Shown here: in pieces, positions 60,276-64,000 of the stretch
Numbering within the stretch: position 1 is the stretch's first letter
How the letters are laid out: every line of letters begins with the position of its first letter
Assembly (NCBI GenBank): GCA_022824865.1
Contig: JAJDZD010000022.1
Coordinates: forward strand, 36,115 to 100,114
Length of the DNA: 64,000 nucleotides
From: Chloroflexota bacterium
GTDB taxonomy: Bacteria; Chloroflexota; UBA11872
Direction of reading: 5' to 3'
Notes under the pieces: generated by a model
What the model was told of the DNA's origin: nothing
Seen by the model: the letters and a program-made list of their open reading frames with translations, nothing else
The model's database searches: none
Made by a program: the position numbers and the translations under genes

Positions 60276-61556
60276 ATGGACCGGCAGCTCGCCATCGAAG
60301 GCGGCCCACCCGCCGTAACCGCGCCCATCGACGACCGCTGGGAGGCAGTCACCGAGCGCGAACGCACGCTCGTCAACGGCGCCCTCGAAGCCGGCTCCGC
60401 GGTCTACGACGAAATCGAGAAGTTCGAGGCCGAGTTCCGCGCGTTCGCTGGTACCCGCTACGCGCTGGCCGTCTGCAACGGCACCGCCGCCCTGCACTCC
60501 GCCATGTTCGCCGCCGGCGCGTCGCTCGGACGCGAGGTCATCGTGCCTTCCGTCACCTGGCACGCCTCCATCTCGCCTGCCCTGCACTGCGGCGCCTCGC
60601 CCGTATTTGCCGACGCCGATCCCGAGACCTTCTGCATCGACCCGGCCGACGTGCGCCGCAAGCTGACCGACCGCACCTGCGCCATCGTCGCTACCCACGT
60701 CTACGGCAATCCCGCCGACCTGGATGCGCTGCTCGACATCGTGGACGGCACCGATATCACGCTGATTGAGGACGCCTCCCACGCCCACGGCGCCACCTGG
60801 CGCAGCCGGCAGGTCGGATCCGTCGGCCACATCGGCTGCTTCAGCATGCAGGCCAGCAAACCCATCAGTGGGGTCGAAGCCGGAGTTGCGACGACGAACG
60901 ATCCAAACCTCTACGACCGCATGGCGGCACTCGGCCATTACGGTCGCGTCAACCAGCTTCTGCAGACCGACGCCCTGCGCGACCTCGGCCGCATCGGCCT
61001 GGGCGTCAAGTACCGTGCCAACCCGCTCGGCATCGCCCTGGCCCGCGCCGGCCTCGAACGGCTGCCGAACCTGAACGAGCGCCGGGCCCGCTGGTTCGCC
61101 CGCCTCGACGCCCTGCTGGACGACGTCCCCGGCATCTATCCGCAGCGCCCCTATGCCGAGGCCGAACGCGGCGGCCTCCTGCTCTACACCGCTCGCATCG
61201 ACCCGGACGAAATCGGCGCGCCCATCCAGGCCATCCTTGACGCCCTGGCCGCCGAGGGCGTTGGTATCCACCCGGACCAGCCCTCGGCGCTCTACGGCGC
61301 CATGCACCTCCAGCCGCTGTTTGGCGACTTCCCGTTCGAAGGTCTCGGCGGCCCCTGGGGCGACCTGCCCGAGGACGTGCGCCCGCCCTTCGGCCCGGGC
61401 TCCCTTCCGATCAGCGAACTCCTCAACGCCACCTGCGTCTGGCTTCCAACCCCCGTCGATCCCTCGGACGACTGGGTTGAGCAAGTGGCCGCCGCATTCG
61501 AGAAGGTGGCCTCGCAGGGCGAGCGCCTTCGAAGCTTGGCCCGCGAAGGCTCGTGA
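60276..61556 (+). CDS. DegT/DnrJ/EryC1/StrS-family PLP-dependent aminotransferase
   Basis: The real start MDRQLAIEGG is ATG at 60276. The PLP Lys lies in SMQASKP. The upstream 106 codons of ORF 59958..61556 overlap purE and were trimmed. Confidence 0.75.
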   Translation: MDRQLAIEGGPPAVTAPIDDRWEAVTERERTLVNGALEAGSAVYDEIEKFEAEFRAFAGTRYALAVCNGTAALHSAMFAAGASLGREVIVPSVTWHASISPALHCGASPVFADADPETFCIDPADVRRKLTDRTCAIVATHVYGNPADLDALLDIVDGTDITLIEDASHAHGATWRSRQVGSVGHIGCFSMQASKPISGVEAGVATTNDPNLYDRMAALGHYGRVNQLLQTDALRDLGRIGLGVKYRANPLGIALARAGLERLPNLNERRARWFARLDALLDDVPGIYPQRPYAEAERGGLLLYTARIDPDEIGAPIQAILDALAAEGVGIHPDQPSALYGAMHLQPLFGDFPFEGLGGPWGDLPEDVRPPFGPGSLPISELLNATCVWLPTPVDPSDDWVEQVAAAFEKVASQGERLRSLAREGS

Positions 61557-63748
61557 CAACGGGCACACCCACCACGCTTCCGTATCGGGTACGCGGCGGC
61601 AACGAGCCGGGCAGCTTCGCAGTCACCTTTCACCCGGCCGACGGACCGAGCGTCAGTGGTCCCGACTTGCTCCTCACCGCCGGCGCTGTTGGCACCTGGG
61701 AGTTGCGATTAACGGTTGAGGCGCCGGTGGCCGCGGGCGGCGGCTTCTTCTTCGAGCGCTATGGGTTCCTGCTGTCGCACAGCATCCAGGACACCCGTCC
61801 GCGCGGCCGCGACTTCGTCACCCTGCGGGCCAGGACGGATGCCCGCGTACGCCTGGAACTCAACGAGCTCAATCAGGCCAACTCGCCGCCAATCGCTCGC
61901 ATCGTCGTCGAACACGGAACCCTGGTCCCAGGCGACCAGCTATGCCTGGTGGTCGGCGACACCAGCCGCGGCGGTCCCGGCAGCGAGGTCTACGACGTCG
62001 CCTGCCAGGGCCGCATCGTCCTCTCGGTTGACCGCAGCGGCAGCCTCGCCTATCGCCAACTAAGAGACGGCGAGATTCGCATTCACGTTCAGTCGGACCC
62101 CCAACCAACGCTCCTGCGCCTGCTGGGACCCTCCATCGCCCAACCCGGCGAACCGTTCGCCCTGCACCTCACCGCCTACGACCGCAACCACAACGTCTGC
62201 ACGCAGTACGCCGGAGCGGTGGCGCTGCGCGACGAGACGGCGTTGCTAACCGGCCTCCCCAGCCACATCCAATTCGGACCTGAGAACGCGGGACTCGCCA
62301 TCATCGAGGGCGTCAACGCCCAGGCGCCCGGCCTGATCCGCGTCAAAGCACACGACCGCGAGCACGGGCTCTCCACGCTCAGCAACCCGATCCTCGTCCA
62401 GTCCAATCCCGAGTCGCTCCTGCTCTGGGGCGACCTGCACTCCCACAGCTGGGGCGACGTCAGCATGGGCCTGATGGACGATCCCACGCCGATCCTGCAT
62501 CCCTCGGGTCGCCACGCCCAGGCCCGCGGTCAGGCCCGTCTCGACTTCGCCGCCCCCGGCCCCATGGCGCCACCCGACCAAACGCACCGACCCGCCGTCT
62601 GGGAAGCCCATCAGGCCGCCTACCGCGCCAACGACGAGCCGGGAACTTACGTCCCGTACCTGGCCGCGGAAGCCCACCCCGGCGTCGGCGGCGATCGCAA
62701 CGTCATCTTTCGCGACTGGGAGGAGCGACACGCGCCAGCCTGGGCCGACATGGACGACCTACTTGAGACTTACGGCGACCGCCAGGATGTCCTCCTGGAA
62801 GCCCACGTCGGCGGCGGCCCGGCCGACTGGGAGGCCTATCCGACCACGCACGAGCCTGTGGTCGAAGTCGCCAGCGGCCACGGATCCGCCGAGTGGCTGT
62901 TGCAACGCGCGCTCCATCACGGCCACCGCCCCGCGGTCATCGCCTCCGGCGACACCCACCTGCCCCTGCTCGCCGCGCCCATGGCCGCCCACCTCTTTCG
63001 CGGACGCTTCGGCAGCCACTTGAACATCCGCGACTGCGCCATCGGCTGCGGCCCCGTGGCCGCCGTCCGCGCCCCCCGCTGCGAGCGCCACGCCATCTGG
63101 GACGCGGTGATGAGCCGCCGCACCTACGCCACAACCGGCGCTCGCATCATCCTGGACGTGCAGGCCAACGGCCGCCCGGCCGGCAGCGAGATTGAGACTG
63201 AAGACAAGCCCCGCCTGACCATCACCGCGCACGCCTGCGGACCAATCGAGCGGATCGACCTGATCCGCGATGACCGCACCCTGGCGGCCTGGCGCCCGAA
63301 AGCCCTGGACGCGACGCTCGACTTTGAAGATTCGTCCCCGCTTCCAGAGGCCGCCTACTACGTCCGCGTGCGCCAGTTCGATGGCGAGTACGCCTGGAGC
63401 ACTCCCATTTGGATTTCCTGCAGCGTCGGCGGCTCCGGTGCCGACGCCGACCTGCCCGCCTGGAACCAGCACGATCCCGTCGACCTGGCCGCCATCCGTC
63501 CCAACGACGCCGAGCCCTATGAGGACCATCTGCTCGATTACCTGGCTGCCAACGAGAATCTGGACCTCTTCCACGACCTCACGCCTATCCACATCGTCAA
63601 CGAGGTCCCCGGACGCGCCGCCCTCTTCTACGCCTTCCTGGGCAAATCGCGGGAGCCCATCTCGATTCGCTGGTACTTCGACTTCCCCATGCCCCGTTTG
63701 CGCCTTGACTGGGGGTGGCGCGACTTCGGAACCAGGGACGGCGGCTGA
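61553..63748 (+). CDS. DUF3604-like hypothetical protein (GDLHSHS metal-binding motif)
   Basis: 731 aa. The GTG start overlaps the upstream stop (GTGA). LLLWGDLHSHSWGD suggests a PHP/amidohydrolase-like metal site. Confidence 0.55.
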   Translation: MTTGTPTTLPYRVRGGNEPGSFAVTFHPADGPSVSGPDLLLTAGAVGTWELRLTVEAPVAAGGGFFFERYGFLLSHSIQDTRPRGRDFVTLRARTDARVRLELNELNQANSPPIARIVVEHGTLVPGDQLCLVVGDTSRGGPGSEVYDVACQGRIVLSVDRSGSLAYRQLRDGEIRIHVQSDPQPTLLRLLGPSIAQPGEPFALHLTAYDRNHNVCTQYAGAVALRDETALLTGLPSHIQFGPENAGLAIIEGVNAQAPGLIRVKAHDREHGLSTLSNPILVQSNPESLLLWGDLHSHSWGDVSMGLMDDPTPILHPSGRHAQARGQARLDFAAPGPMAPPDQTHRPAVWEAHQAAYRANDEPGTYVPYLAAEAHPGVGGDRNVIFRDWEERHAPAWADMDDLLETYGDRQDVLLEAHVGGGPADWEAYPTTHEPVVEVASGHGSAEWLLQRALHHGHRPAVIASGDTHLPLLAAPMAAHLFRGRFGSHLNIRDCAIGCGPVAAVRAPRCERHAIWDAVMSRRTYATTGARIILDVQANGRPAGSEIETEDKPRLTITAHACGPIERIDLIRDDRTLAAWRPKALDATLDFEDSSPLPEAAYYVRVRQFDGEYAWSTPIWISCSVGGSGADADLPAWNQHDPVDLAAIRPNDAEPYEDHLLDYLAANENLDLFHDLTPIHIVNEVPGRAALFYAFLGKSREPISIRWYFDFPMPRLRLDWGWRDFGTRDGG

Positions 63749-63855
63749 ATCACGAAATCGATCAACCAAGTGAACCTTCGGCGGCTGTTCAAGCTGCCCA
63801 ACAGCGGTCCCGGTGGCCTATATTCACTCAGGATTCTCGGGCGGAAAGGTAAAGC

Positions 63856-64000
63856 ATGAAACGTCTGGTTCTAGCGATCGTTGGTGTCGTCTCACTCCTT
63901 GGAATCACCGCCGCGGCGGCGTTGGCTGATTGGCCGACCACCTGCGTTGAACTCAACGACCTCATTGAAGCCGGACGCGGCAACGATCAAAACGTTGGTA
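63856..64000 (+). CDS. secreted hypothetical protein (5' partial, runs off the window)
   Basis: MKRLVLAIVGVVSLLGITAAAALA is a signal peptide. GGAAAGG lies upstream. Confidence 0.4.
   Translation, partial: MKRLVLAIVGVVSLLGITAAAALADWPTTCVELNDLIEAGRGNDQNVG

Noticed and set aside
60072-61568. 498-aa ORF on the minus strand
   Set aside because: Antisense to the DegT-family aminotransferase.
62759-63769. 336-aa ORF on the minus strand
   Set aside because: Antisense to the DUF3604-like gene.

Overview
High-GC (~65-70%) bacterial chromosomal segment. The frequent ATGA/GTGA start-stop overlaps and the gene content (CcdA/ResA-like pair, KatG, NDH-2) point to an actinobacterial or Chloroflexi-like origin. 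Most of the window is a dense array of metabolic genes. Recognisable ones include aldo/keto reductases, a sulfatase-like hydrolase, a class III aminotransferase, an SDR, DapA-family and HpcH-family lyases, two paralogous 3-hydroxyisobutyrate-dehydrogenase-like reductases, KatG, isocitrate dehydrogenase, purE, a DegT-family aminotransferase, RmlB, PolX, and five phytanoyl-CoA-dioxygenase (PhyH)-family oxygenases. Two tRNAs sit on the minus strand: tRNA-Cys(GCA) and tRNA-Arg (anticodon reads GCG).

The accessory content stands out against this background.

- An IS1595-family element at about 9541-11845 is bounded by ~44-bp imperfect inverted repeats. It encloses the transposase plus a ~0.7-kb AT-rich cargo segment.
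- A DNA methyltransferase gene is followed in the same reading frame by a PD-(D/E)XK-like putative restriction endonuclease. Only the methyltransferase's TGA separates them.
- A ~2-kb islet lies next to tRNA-Cys. It is bounded by a 19-nt direct copy of the tRNA 3' end and contains a VOC-family gene and two ~44-bp G-rich direct repeats.
- A ~2.6-kb island is bounded by a 24-nt conserved hairpin repeat. It carries HicAB, an HNH nuclease, an RHH (VapB-like) protein and a VOC-family gene.
- Two copies of a cassette of the form 'small conserved protein + PhyH oxygenase' are present.
- A type II NADH dehydrogenase is fused to an N-terminal 4-TM domain. That same domain recurs three times in the translationally coupled downstream membrane protein.

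Many long Arg-rich ORFs in the six-frame track are antisense or alternative-frame artefacts of the high GC content and were rejected. No CRISPR array or rRNA is visible.
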